From Clostridiales bacterium (GTDB lineage Bacteria; Bacillota; Clostridia; Christensenellales; UBA1242), in NCBI GenBank assembly GCA_003524095.1, contig DOEE01000003.1, positions 532,303 to 596,302 of the forward strand: a stretch of 64,000 nucleotides of DNA, written 5' to 3'. The translations under genes were made by a program, and so were the position numbers. The notes beneath the pieces are model-generated. The model worked only from the letters and a program-made list of their open reading frames with translations. It did not search any database and was not told the DNA's origin. The stretch's first letter is position 1. Each line of letters opens with the position of its first letter. Positions 20,598-29,927 of this stretch are shown here, piece by piece.

Positions 20598-21764
20598 TTA
20601 TCCTTTATAGTTTGTCTCAATTTGTCCGTCAATCATCGAAATTATCAAATTTCCAGATTTTACGTTTTTGACACTGCTAACACTTTGATTGTTTTGAAAT
20701 ATTTTTGAATATCCCATACTTGAGATTTTCTTTGGGTTATTATGTTCAAGTTCAAGTTGAAATTGTTCTAAATTATTTTGTTTTTTATCAATCAGAATGT
20801 CTACACGTTCAAGTTTAGATATATATTTATCCAAATCATAATTTAGTTTAATTATTTTACTTGATGAAATATTATCTAATTTTTCATAAATTATGTCAAT
20901 ATCTTTTTTCAAATTCTCAAACCTAGACTTGAGTGTTCTTTCCATATAAAACAAAAATTTATTAACACTTTCAATTTCTAAATCCTTTCGCCAAGCAACA
21001 AGTTCAGCACCAGCCGACGGGGTCGGTGCACGTTTATCCGACACAAAATCTATTATTGTAAAATCTGTTTCATGTCCTACAGCCGATACTACTGGTTTTT
21101 TGCAATTATATGTTGCTGTTGCAACAATCTCACTATTAAATGGCTCCAAATCTTCGGCACTTCCACCGCCACGTGCCACAATTACAACATCAACATCATA
21201 GTCCGAAAAGAAATCAATTCCATTTGCTATTTCAATATCTGCCCCAACACCTTGAACTTTAACTGGATACAAAACTATGTCAATTGTATCGTTTCTTCGG
21301 TGTGTTACATCTATAATGTCTCTAATTACTGCACCTGTCGGACTAGAAACAACTCCGATTCTTCTCACTCTACTAGGGATAGGACGCTTCCTGCTTTCAT
21401 CAAAATATCCAAGTTCTTGGAGTTTTGCTTTGAGTTTTAAAAATTTTTCATACAAAAGACCTTTGCCATAAGGCATAATTTTGGTTGCATTAAAGGATAA
21501 TTTGCCACCTTTTGCATAATAGTTCATACTACCCGTAACCAAAATTACGTCGCCAATCTTTGGACTTTCAAAGTTGCTCGCCCCAAATAGTACGCATGAT
21601 AATAGTCCACTCTCGTCCTTGATATTAAAGTATGCAATGCCATTGGATATATTATAAGAACTAACTTCTCCATACACACAAATATTTTGAAGCATAACTT
21701 CCGCTTCAAAAATATTTTTGATATAACTATTAATTTGTGTGACCGAAAAATAATTATCACTCAT
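20598..21764 (-). CDS. xseA: Exodeoxyribonuclease VII large subunit
   Basis: N-terminal OB fold (VYGEVSSYNISNGIAYFNIKDE) and ARGGGSAEDLEPFN. Overlaps the end of nusB by 8 nt. Confidence 0.94.
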   Translation of the reverse strand: MSDNYFSVTQINSYIKNIFEAEVMLQNICVYGEVSSYNISNGIAYFNIKDESGLLSCVLFGASNFESPKIGDVILVTGSMNYYAKGGKLSFNATKIMPYGKGLLYEKFLKLKAKLQELGYFDESRKRPIPSRVRRIGVVSSPTGAVIRDIIDVTHRRNDTIDIVLYPVKVQGVGADIEIANGIDFFSDYDVDVVIVARGGGSAEDLEPFNSEIVATATYNCKKPVVSAVGHETDFTIIDFVSDKRAPTPSAGAELVAWRKDLEIESVNKFLFYMERTLKSRFENLKKDIDIIYEKLDNISSSKIIKLNYDLDKYISKLERVDILIDKKQNNLEQFQLELEHNNPKKISSMGYSKIFQNNQSVSSVKNVKSGNLIISMIDGQIETNYKG

Positions 21765-22146
21765 TTACAATCTTTGCAAGCACTCCATTTATAAAACTAT
21801 AACTCTTGTCAGTCGAGTATTTTTTTGAAAGTTCCACCGCTTCGTTGATGACTACATTCTGCGGTGTAGAACTAGAAAATTTAATTTCATAAACCGCAAG
21901 AACAAGAATTGCCAAATCAATCTTAAAAATTCTTTCAAGTTCATAGCCTACAGTGTTATTTTTGATTATTGACATAATTGCATCATAATGCTCATGAATC
22001 CCACTCAAGAGTTCATTTACAAAAACTTTGTCTTCGTCTGTTAACACTATATCATCCAAATCTTCAAAAAGTTCGGTTTCGGGTTCGTGAAAGAAGTTTT
22101 CAAAAACCAATCTAAACGCAAATTCTCTACTTTTTTTTCTACTCAT
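21757..22146 (-). CDS. nusB: Transcription antitermination factor NusB
   Basis: SRKKSREFAFRLVF...INEAVELSKKYS...FINGVLAKI. Confidence 0.93.
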   Translation of the reverse strand: MSRKKSREFAFRLVFENFFHEPETELFEDLDDIVLTDEDKVFVNELLSGIHEHYDAIMSIIKNNTVGYELERIFKIDLAILVLAVYEIKFSSSTPQNVVINEAVELSKKYSTDKSYSFINGVLAKIVNE

Positions 22147-22163
22147 AATTTTTCTCCATTAAT

Positions 22164-22195
22164 TCAAAAGAAAGAAACCCTTGTTTTCAAGGGTT
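22164..22195 (-). terminator. Putative terminator after the asp23-like gene
   Basis: Stem AACCCTTG/CAAGGGTT with loop AAAA, followed by TCTTTCTTTTG on the minus strand. Confidence 0.6.
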
Positions 22196-22203
22196 AACTT
22201 TAT

Positions 22204-22581
22204 TTACAAAAGTTCATCTTTTGGAAATTCAACACCAAGAACATGAACATTAATTCTATTAATCTTGACATCAATCATTCCTGATAAACTGTTTTTGATG
22301 TTCTCTTGCACCCTGTAAGCGACTTCAGTTACATTATATCCAAAACAAACATTAATATAGACATCAACATTCATAGCATCTTTGTTATAAGAAACCTTAA
22401 CACCTTCGTAGTAATTATTGCTAAACCAACGCTTAAGCATTGAACTAAACTTGGTTACAATACTGCTAACTCCAGCAATCTCTTTGGTTGCCAAATTAAT
22501 AACAGATAACACTATATTGCTACCATATGTAACATTGCCTTTGGCTTGTTTTTTGATATTGCTTTTATTATCGTACATCAT
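22204..22581 (-). CDS. Asp23/Gls24-family alkaline shock protein (YqhY-like)
   Basis: IVLSVINLATKEIAGVSS...VDVYINVCFGYNVTEVAYRVQENIK...INVHVLGV. Sits in the yqhY-nusB synteny slot. Confidence 0.88.
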   Translation of the reverse strand: MMYDNKSNIKKQAKGNVTYGSNIVLSVINLATKEIAGVSSIVTKFSSMLKRWFSNNYYEGVKVSYNKDAMNVDVYINVCFGYNVTEVAYRVQENIKNSLSGMIDVKINRINVHVLGVEFPKDELL

Positions 22582-22687
22582 AATTCTATTTCCTTAACAT
22601 TATAAATAACTTTTGCTTAATAATAATATACCATAAAGTTTCAAATTATGCAATTAGAAAAAATAGAATATTGTGTTAAATTTTCAC

Positions 22688-23203
22688 TTAAACTTCGGTG
22701 ATTTTGATGCTATCAAAAGAATAATCAGAGTTGTTTCTTACTACATCAACAATTTGAGCCACCTCTGCATTAGTCAAACCATTGGTTTCAACAATTACAT
22801 TAATTGTATTTGATGTTGCTGAAACAATAACTTCGCCAAATCCCTTTGCTTTGATAAGATTTTCAATTGTCATAATGCTATCCATGTTTGAGATAAGTTT
22901 AAGTCTTTCGGCTTCGGCATTTGCTTTTGCTTCGGCGCTAGTAGTTTCGCTTGCAATAATAGCATCTAAATAAAGAATTTCTTGATTTCTTGTTTCTTTT
23001 CTATCTGTTCTATAGTTTGAAAAGAAGTTTGCAGATGTTTGAACATTTGCACTTGCTTGATTTGATGCTATGTTATTAAGATATATATTTACACCACCAG
23101 TAACTAATAGCAACAAACAAAATGCACTAAGAATTATAATTTTTTTGGCTTTGCTAGATAATTTTTTATGAACTCTTTCTTTTTTTTCTTTCTTTTCTTT
23201 CAT
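22688..23203 (-). CDS. spoIIIAH: Stage III sporulation protein AH
   Basis: Lys-rich N-terminus, one TM helix, C-terminal YscJ/FliF-like domain. Last gene of the spoIIIA operon. Confidence 0.85.
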   Translation of the reverse strand: MKEKKEKKERVHKKLSSKAKKIIILSAFCLLLLVTGGVNIYLNNIASNQASANVQTSANFFSNYRTDRKETRNQEILYLDAIIASETTSAEAKANAEAERLKLISNMDSIMTIENLIKAKGFGEVIVSATSNTINVIVETNGLTNAEVAQIVDVVRNNSDYSFDSIKITEV

Positions 23204-23217
23204 ATTTTAATTCTCCT

Positions 23218-23838
23218 TTAATTTCCTTTTAATACATTTATTTTGTCGGTTGAAATACCAAGTAAAGTGGATACTGAGTTTAGAATATCGAGTTTGATAC
23301 TTATGTCATTTGCACCACTAGAAACAACAATCACCCCCTTTACCTTAGGCAAAATTTCGGTAAGTATCAACGGACTAGTCGACCCATTTTTTCCAACTAA
23401 AATTGGGGATTCCGAACTAGTAGACGAAGTTATGCCGTTTGATGAATTGCTTACTTTGGTATCACTATCCATCGCATATTTAAGTTCGGGACTTCCGTCC
23501 AAACTTATCATTACTTTAACCTGTCCTGCTCCTTTGACCTGAGACAAAACACCTTCAAGTTTTTGTTCCAAAGCCTGTGAGTACTCAAGAGACGTTAGAT
23601 ACACTTGACTGCTTGATACACTGCTTGTCTTACTAGAACTTTTTTCACCACTTAGTTTCAAAAAAACTACTAAAGCAACTATGAAGATGATAATCAAAAC
23701 TATAATTTTGAGATTTTTGCCACTAATAAAAGCAAATAGTCTAAATGGATTTTTTGTTTCTTGTGGTGTTTCTTTTTCAGAACTATTTAGACTAACAACT
23801 TCTTTATTCATAAATAATGATGTTCTCCTTATCAACAT
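23218..23838 (-). CDS. spoIIIAG: Stage III sporulation protein AG
   Basis: TM helix plus C-terminal ring-forming domain (VKGVIVVSSGANDISIKLDILNSVSTLLGIS). Start may be ATG 23809-23811, which overlaps the spoIIIAF stop (ATGAATAA). Confidence 0.85.
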   Translation of the reverse strand: MLIRRTSLFMNKEVVSLNSSEKETPQETKNPFRLFAFISGKNLKIIVLIIIFIVALVVFLKLSGEKSSSKTSSVSSSQVYLTSLEYSQALEQKLEGVLSQVKGAGQVKVMISLDGSPELKYAMDSDTKVSNSSNGITSSTSSESPILVGKNGSTSPLILTEILPKVKGVIVVSSGANDISIKLDILNSVSTLLGISTDKINVLKGN

Positions 23839-24262
23839 TTATAGTCTTCAAAATTAATTCTTCAATTACTTCATACTTATTTTTATGTTCTAAATCTTGG
23901 GATAGAACTATACTACTAATATCTACAAATACATTTGATATGTAGTAGTCATTATCTTTCATTTTGCTATCAATTTCGACAGAAACCCCTATTATATTTT
24001 CATTTGAAAAAGTGTTTTCAAGTTTAAGTCTATAGTACTCATCTTTTGATTTTCTTATTTCTTCTTCAAGACTTATAAAACTCATGCTAGTCTGACTTAA
24101 ACTACTTATGTCAATTTTAACCAACGGATAAATTAGCATTATCATTGCAAATATTCCAAAAATTGATTTACAAAAAGCATTAGTCTTTCCATTTGGATAC
24201 ACAAAATCAAGTAGTACCGCCAAAAACACAACACCTATTACACTAAGCAACCAAGCACTCAC
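23804..24262 (-). CDS. spoIIIAF: Stage III sporulation protein AF
   Basis: Two N-terminal TM helices plus a small soluble domain. Operon position. Confidence 0.82.
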   Translation of the reverse strand: MSAWLLSVIGVVFLAVLLDFVYPNGKTNAFCKSIFGIFAMIMLIYPLVKIDISSLSQTSMSFISLEEEIRKSKDEYYRLKLENTFSNENIIGVSVEIDSKMKDNDYYISNVFVDISSIVLSQDLEHKNKYEVIEELILKTINVDKENIIIYE

Positions 24263-24272
24263 TTTAATCTCC

Positions 24273-25481
24273 TTACAAAATATTTGCTGTACACATAATA
24301 AGAGAAATTGTAATTATGTACATAAAACTCACTCCAATTATAAGAACAATTGGCAAAATTAAAATTTTGTTGCAATCACCTAGAAACTTGCAAATTTTGG
24401 AGTTCCCAGTAATTTGTAAAATTCCACTACTCAATTGAAGTGCCAGTTTGTATACAATTATCATAATAATCGGCGAAAGAATTGAAATAATCAAAATCAG
24501 AACACCAACTAAACCAATTGAATTTTTGACAAGGGTTGCACCCAAAACAAAAAAATCCATTCCGTCAGATACATATGAACCAATAATTGGAATATAACTT
24601 TTCATTGCAAATTTTGTCGCCTTGATGCTTACACTATCAAATTTGCCAGCAGTAATCCCCTGAATACTCAAAAAACCCGTAAATAATGTAAATATAATCC
24701 CAATACTCCATTTGAATGTTGACATCAAAAACCCGTTTAGTTTATCAAATTTAATAGTGTCAGTTAAATTCCCTAAAATAGTAAGTACAAAAATAATTAT
24801 AAATAATGGATACAAAAATTTATCAAAAACAACACTTACAAGCGTTGAAAGAATTGCGACAAGCGGATTATAAATTGAAATCGACGAAACAGAACCGATT
24901 GTTCCCAAAAGTGTAATTAGTATTGGAAAAACAATCTGCATCTGTGTAAGAATTGAGTTTAGTGTTTTATTAGTAGTTCCAAGTATCCCCTTAAAAGATA
25001 TTAAAACCACTAAAATTGCAACAGACAAGAATATAAAATTTGTAGTGTTCTCAACTCCAGAAGTATTAGATTTAAGATTGCCTACAACATTGCTAAGTAG
25101 TCCAATTGCAACTAAAGTAAAAATAAAAGGCAAAACACTCTTAATATTTCCAAAAACTACACCTAAGAAAGCGGATAACATGCTTGAATAATTTGTTGAA
25201 TACTCACCTTTGAGAATACTCTCAATTCTCTCTCTAACAGATACATTAAATATAGAGTTATTTCCTAGTTCGTCCACCAAGTTTTGCATCTCATCAAGAT
25301 TAACTCCGTCGAGTACTCCCATAACTCCTGCCGACAAATCACTAAGATTATCGCTTGAATTAGAAGCCGAAACGAATGTATCAAATTTAAAAGTTGAAAG
25401 CAAAGCAAGTATAAGCAACACAATAATCAACAAGAATTTTTTTCGATTATTAAATTTATACAAGAATTTTTTGAATTTCAT
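24273..25481 (-). CDS. spoIIIAE: Stage III sporulation protein AE
   Basis: 402-aa polytopic membrane protein with a signal-like N-terminus. Operon position between AD and AF. Confidence 0.88.
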   Translation of the reverse strand: MKFKKFLYKFNNRKKFLLIIVLLILALLSTFKFDTFVSASNSSDNLSDLSAGVMGVLDGVNLDEMQNLVDELGNNSIFNVSVRERIESILKGEYSTNYSSMLSAFLGVVFGNIKSVLPFIFTLVAIGLLSNVVGNLKSNTSGVENTTNFIFLSVAILVVLISFKGILGTTNKTLNSILTQMQIVFPILITLLGTIGSVSSISIYNPLVAILSTLVSVVFDKFLYPLFIIIFVLTILGNLTDTIKFDKLNGFLMSTFKWSIGIIFTLFTGFLSIQGITAGKFDSVSIKATKFAMKSYIPIIGSYVSDGMDFFVLGATLVKNSIGLVGVLILIISILSPIIMIIVYKLALQLSSGILQITGNSKICKFLGDCNKILILPIVLIIGVSFMYIITISLIMCTANIL

Positions 25482-25864
25482 TAAATTAATTCCAAAACCA
25501 TATTAAATAAATTTGTAATTATCGGCAGACTCATCGAAAAAATTAAAATTTTGCCTGCAAGAACTATTTTGTCAGCAATTGAACTATTTCCACTATCGTT
25601 ACAAATGCTAGCAGAAAACTCTATTAAATAACCAACGCCAATAATTTTGAGTAAAGTTGAAAACATTACATTATCTACACCCGTTCTATCTACAATAGTT
25701 TTGAAATATTCAAAGATAGACTGAACACCACTTAAAATATACATAACCAAAATTATGCTTCCAACAATCACACAAATAAGAGAATACTCGGGCTTAATAT
25801 TTTTGAGAAGAACAGTCAAAACTGAGAGAATTATGCCCAAAACAATTATTTTTGCAAATTCCAA
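25481..25864 (-). CDS. spoIIIAD: Stage III sporulation protein AD
   Basis: 127-aa 4-TM protein (LLKIIGVGYLIEFSASICNDSGNSSIADKI). Confidence 0.88.
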   Translation of the reverse strand: MEFAKIIVLGIILSVLTVLLKNIKPEYSLICVIVGSIILVMYILSGVQSIFEYFKTIVDRTGVDNVMFSTLLKIIGVGYLIEFSASICNDSGNSSIADKIVLAGKILIFSMSLPIITNLFNMVLELI

Positions 25865-25873
25865 ATCAAACCC

Positions 25874-26071
25874 CTAATAAATTGAAAATAACGACTTAAC
25901 TGTTGTAAATAAGTCGCTTATCATATTAACAACACTAAATAAAACTACTATAATTCCAGCCAAGGTTACAAAAGTTGCTATTTCTTCCTTTCCAGCAATT
26001 TTGAGAATCTGATTAATAACTGCTGTAAGTATTCCTATTGCCGCTATTTTAAATATAATTTCAATATCCAT
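25874..26071 (-). CDS. spoIIIAC: Stage III sporulation protein AC
   Basis: 65-aa 2-TM protein (IFKIAAIGILTAVINQILKIAGKEE). Confidence 0.88.
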   Translation of the reverse strand: MDIEIIFKIAAIGILTAVINQILKIAGKEEIATFVTLAGIIVVLFSVVNMISDLFTTVKSLFSIY

Positions 26072-26084
26072 TTTTTCTCCAAAT

Positions 26085-26534
26085 TTAGATTAAAAGAATA
26101 CAAACAATTAGTCCAAGCCCTATAATTAATTTAAAGTACACAGTAGCTTTTGACTTCATTTCGTCTTTAGATTTGTTAGACAAGTCTTCAAAGATATTTA
26201 AATAATAATCAATATTATTTAATTCAAAAGTTACATCACCACGACCCAGACTTTCAAAAAAATCATTAATTGTTTTTTTGTTATCCTTGGGAAGCAGTTT
26301 TGAAAGTCTATTGCGGTTATTTATAAAATATCTTGAACTTTGACTTATATTTGGATAACAATCGTTTAGCAGTTCATTTATATTTTTTTTGTTAAAAGAG
26401 ATATTATTTTTAAAATATTTGCACAAGTAAACTATATCAAAAAAAAGTTTTTGTTTGTATAAGTAATACATGTATACGATTATGCCAAAAATAACAAATA
26501 GACTAAATAAAATAATTAATAAAAAAAATTTCAT
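26085..26534 (-). CDS. spoIIIAB: Stage III sporulation protein AB
   Basis: 149 aa with N- and C-terminal TM helices flanking a soluble domain. Abuts spoIIIAA (1-nt overlap). Confidence 0.8.
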   Translation of the reverse strand: MKFFLLIILFSLFVIFGIIVYMYYLYKQKLFFDIVYLCKYFKNNISFNKKNINELLNDCYPNISQSSRYFINNRNRLSKLLPKDNKKTINDFFESLGRGDVTFELNNIDYYLNIFEDLSNKSKDEMKSKATVYFKLIIGLGLIVCILLI

Positions 26535-27445
26535 TATACACCAATTAAGTTTAAATTTTCGTTATAAATTCCTTCAACTGTTCCCACTCCATCGGCATTT
26601 GAAAGCACTATATATCTTTCGAACAAACATTTTTTAACGATGTTTTCAAAACTAGGCTTGTTTTTAAGGTCTTTTATTGACCCCGCATGCAAAGTTGCAA
26701 TAACTTTGACTCCACTAGTCAATGCGTTTTCTATAATATCCATATCTTTTTCAATATTAATTTCATCTGTAAAAACAACGTCCGGTTTCATGCTTCTTAT
26801 TCCATTAGTAAATCCAAATTCCTTGGAACAATTTGAATAAATATCAACATTATCTAGTTTTCTAAAGTCATTTCCGTCAAAAATATTTGCAATTTCACAT
26901 CTTTCATCAACAATCAGTAAGTTAAGTAGATTTTCCCTATTTGAAATCTGATAAATCAAATCTCTAAGATATGTTGTTTTCCCCGCACCCGGCGAAGAAA
27001 TTATTAGAGTACTTTTGACTTGATTGCCACTAACGACATATGGATAAATATTTAAACTGCAATTCTTCAAAAAGTGCGGAAATCTAAAGTTAAGCGAAGA
27101 TATATTTTTGAGTGTTTTGAGTTTACCATCTACTGAAACTGTTTCGCCACAAACACCAACTCTAATTCCGCCCGACAAAGACACAAAGCCTTCAATTAAT
27201 TGGTCATTGATTGTATACATTGAGTTATTAGAAATTCTATTTAAAATTGCTTGAAGTTCGGAAATACTAGTTTTAACTGCTTCGCTAGAACTTTTGCTAA
27301 GAGATTCAGGACTTAAATAATAGTTTTCGCCACGAATACTAACAACAGTTGGACTATCCGCTCTAAGCCTTAATTCGCACAAACTATTATATGGAATCTT
27401 ATCAAGCGCAAGAGAAATTTTTGTTGGCAAAATATTATTTAACAT
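26534..27445 (-). CDS. spoIIIAA: Stage III sporulation protein AA (secretion-type ATPase)
   Basis: Walker A SSPGAGKTTYLRDL and Walker B LLIVDERCEI. GGGGGTG RBS. Confidence 0.9.
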   Translation of the reverse strand: MLNNILPTKISLALDKIPYNSLCELRLRADSPTVVSIRGENYYLSPESLSKSSSEAVKTSISELQAILNRISNNSMYTINDQLIEGFVSLSGGIRVGVCGETVSVDGKLKTLKNISSLNFRFPHFLKNCSLNIYPYVVSGNQVKSTLIISSPGAGKTTYLRDLIYQISNRENLLNLLIVDERCEIANIFDGNDFRKLDNVDIYSNCSKEFGFTNGIRSMKPDVVFTDEINIEKDMDIIENALTSGVKVIATLHAGSIKDLKNKPSFENIVKKCLFERYIVLSNADGVGTVEGIYNENLNLIGV

Positions 27446-27502
27446 ATAGCACCCCCTTTTTTCTTATGTTTATTTTTGAAAATTCAAGATTATATTAAAT
27501 AC

Positions 27503-27534
27503 AAAAAAAGTATGTCAACAAAATTTTGACATAC
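27503..27534 (-). terminator. Rho-independent terminator between the nfo-like gene and spoIIIAA
   Basis: Minus strand GTATGTCAA-AATTTTG-TTGACATAC followed by TTTTTTT. A second 9-bp hairpin (TTTACACTT/AAGTGTAAA) lies at 27573-27598. Confidence 0.8.
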
Positions 27535-27676
27535 CTAATAAAACTACAAAATGTAGCATAATTTTATTAATTTTTACACTTTTTAGATTAAGTGTAAATT
27601 TATATGTATAAGATGAGAAATTAAATATAATTATTGATGCTAAATCGTTTAATAACAAATTATCTGCACAATTATT

Positions 27677-28522
27677 TTAAACTTTTTCATAAATGGACTT
27701 GAGTCTAATGGCATCTCTTCCCATATACTCTCTACTTTCACAAATTACAACACAGTTTAAATCATAATCTTTGAGAACTTTTGCAAGTGGCTCAAATTCT
27801 GGTCCATAAACTTGGTCATCAAGTGTTAAGTGTTTGATTTCGCCTTTGTCACCATATTCAATTTTGCTAAAATGAATATGAGAAATTTTCGTGCGTTCCA
27901 ATCCGATTACCTGAATACTTTTGTCAATAATCTTTTTGTAATCGTCATATGTTTTGAGACTGCCACCCGTCAAAGCATTAATGTGACCAAAGTCAAAGGT
28001 TGGAATAAATTTGTCAAAAATTGTACAAAAGTCAAGAATTTCATCAACAGTTCCAATTTGCATAGACTTTCCCATAGTCTCCAAACAAACATACATGTCA
28101 TCATAGCCATTCTCAATTATCTTGTCTTTGAGAATGTTTAGTCGCTTTTTGGTGAGTGCTATCGCTTCTTCACGTGTCATTTTCCCTTGAGACGCTGGAT
28201 GAACAACAAGTTGATTTCCACCAATTAATCTTAATTTTCTAAGACTCTCCAAGACATATCCATAACTTTTTTCTGCCATTTCATCAGTTGGGGTTGCAAA
28301 ATTAATATAGTAAGGCGCATGGATTGAGATAGTAATTCCATATTTTTTCATTTCTTCGCCGATTTTTATAGCAGTTTCATCTGGCAAAGTAAAGCCCTTG
28401 CCAAAAGAATACTCATAAGCATCAAGCCCATGTGCATTAAGCCACTTAGGTGCTTCGATAGTCCTTTTGAAACCTTCGTCATAGAATGTTTTGCAATTTC
28501 CCGCTGGGCCAAATTTAATCAT
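27677..28522 (-). CDS. Endonuclease IV-like TIM-barrel protein (AP endonuclease family 2 / xylose isomerase-like fold)
   Basis: Nfo-like metal-site segments IHAPYYINFA, VVHPAS, CLETMGKS, FDFGHINA, HIHFSKIEYGDKGEIKH and VVICES. Confidence 0.65.
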   Translation of the reverse strand: MIKFGPAGNCKTFYDEGFKRTIEAPKWLNAHGLDAYEYSFGKGFTLPDETAIKIGEEMKKYGITISIHAPYYINFATPTDEMAEKSYGYVLESLRKLRLIGGNQLVVHPASQGKMTREEAIALTKKRLNILKDKIIENGYDDMYVCLETMGKSMQIGTVDEILDFCTIFDKFIPTFDFGHINALTGGSLKTYDDYKKIIDKSIQVIGLERTKISHIHFSKIEYGDKGEIKHLTLDDQVYGPEFEPLAKVLKDYDLNCVVICESREYMGRDAIRLKSIYEKV

Positions 28523-28524
28523 AA

Positions 28525-29442
28525 TTATTCCTTTAGAAATGTGTCTAATTTAAGTTGATTTTCTCTAGGCTTTGCGATGCCTAAAATCTCCCCATTATAT
28601 AACACAAATGTATTCTTATTAATTTTTTCCGACTTAACAAACTTTCCATTTATCAAATCATGATATGTCTCTTTATCAATATTTATTATATCATAATCCT
28701 TCAAAACTTGCAAAGGCGAAAGCATGAAGTCATTTAAATTTCCATTTAACAAGTCTTCAAGTTTAATAGAGTTATCCATATTGAATAACCCCAAATCAAA
28801 TCTTTCCAAAAAACTCATCGTTGCATAAGTCCCAAGTAGTTTTGCCAAATCCCTGCCTATAGCTCTAATATAAGTACCCGAACTGCATGCAACTTCGAAT
28901 TCATATCTGAATTTGGATATTTTTTTTGTAAGAATTAGTTTGTAAATTTCAATTTCTTTGGGTTTTAATTCAAATTCGATACCAGCTCTTGCAAGATTGT
29001 ATGCTCTCTCGCCAGATACATTCTTTGCACTAAATTTTGGTGGAACTTGGCTAATTTTTCCAACTAATTGATTTAATTTGGATTTAATTAGTTTCTCCGA
29101 AATCTCAAAACTTGAAAAGTTTATTTTGTTATAAAATTCTTCGTTAATAACATCTTGACTAGATACTATATCAATTTGAGAATTGGTTATCTTTCCAGTA
29201 ATATCGAGAGTATCGGTCTCATATCCAAAATCAAATATAACCCTATAAGATTTTGTTTTGGACAACATATAATCAAATAACCTTGTTGCTTTCCCCACTC
29301 CCAAAGGAAGAAGTCCGCAAGCCATGGGGTCAAGTGTTCCCATATGCCCAATTTTTTTGAGTCCAAACTTCTTTTTAACCTTTTGAACTACAGCATTGCT
29401 GGTCATTCCACTAGGTTTGTATATATTTAAAAATCCTATCAT
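28525..29442 (-). CDS. truB: tRNA pseudouridine(55) synthase TruB
   Basis: GHMGTLDPMACGLLPLGVGKATR (catalytic Asp) and a C-terminal PUA-like region. Confidence 0.94.
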   Translation of the reverse strand: MIGFLNIYKPSGMTSNAVVQKVKKKFGLKKIGHMGTLDPMACGLLPLGVGKATRLFDYMLSKTKSYRVIFDFGYETDTLDITGKITNSQIDIVSSQDVINEEFYNKINFSSFEISEKLIKSKLNQLVGKISQVPPKFSAKNVSGERAYNLARAGIEFELKPKEIEIYKLILTKKISKFRYEFEVACSSGTYIRAIGRDLAKLLGTYATMSFLERFDLGLFNMDNSIKLEDLLNGNLNDFMLSPLQVLKDYDIINIDKETYHDLINGKFVKSEKINKNTFVLYNGEILGIAKPRENQLKLDTFLKE

Positions 29443-29569
29443 TTTAATTCACCCTTAATGTCTCTTCTAAAATAATACCCAAAAAAACAAAAAATAGCAA
29501 CCACATAAATGAACTTCAAAATTAAATATTTTTAGTTCAGTAATTTTTTGGGTTACTATTTCAATTTAA

Positions 29570-29920
29570 TTAATTGTTTCTATCTTCGTTAATTTTGTTG
29601 ATTGTTTCATCAATTTTGCTACCATATGCAAAACTTTCATCAAGATAAAATGTAAGGAATGGAACTTTTCTCAAATCAACAGCACGTGCAAGTTCACGTC
29701 TAATAAATCCTGCACTATGTTTTATTTGATTAAAGACTTCGTCCTTAGTATCTTCTTCAAAAATGCTAAGATAGACTTTGCATTGATCCAAATCAGCAGT
29801 TGTATCAACTTTGGTAACAGTGATAAGACCTTTGATAAGTGGATTTTTGATTTCATTTGCAATAATATAACTAATAGCCTTTTGAATTTCGCTATTAACT
29901 CTCAAAATTCTTTCGCTCAT
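29570..29920 (-). CDS. rbfA: Ribosome-binding factor A
   Basis: RVNSEIQKAISYIIANEIKNP...ITVTKVDTTADLDQCKVYLS. Confidence 0.92.
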   Translation of the reverse strand: MSERILRVNSEIQKAISYIIANEIKNPLIKGLITVTKVDTTADLDQCKVYLSIFEEDTKDEVFNQIKHSAGFIRRELARAVDLRKVPFLTFYLDESFAYGSKIDETINKINEDRNN

Positions 29921-29927
29921 ATTACTC

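Noticed and set aside
27446-27502. An attempt to call the sigma-E (mother-cell) promoter of spoIIIAA, with CATAAGAA as a possible -10.
   Set aside because: The -10 match is weak (about 5 of 8 positions), no acceptable -35 (ATATT-like) sits at the right spacing, and the element would abut the RBS. It cannot be supported from sequence alone.
29443-29569. Nested hairpins in the rbfA-truB spacer: ACCCAAAAAA (29477-29486) pairing with TTTTTTGGGT (29544-29553), enclosing a TGAACT/AGTTCA stem.
   Set aside because: The pairing is dominated by A/T homopolymers that arise easily in AT-rich spacers, and the inner stem is only 6 bp. There is no terminator-like U-tract geometry or known motif.
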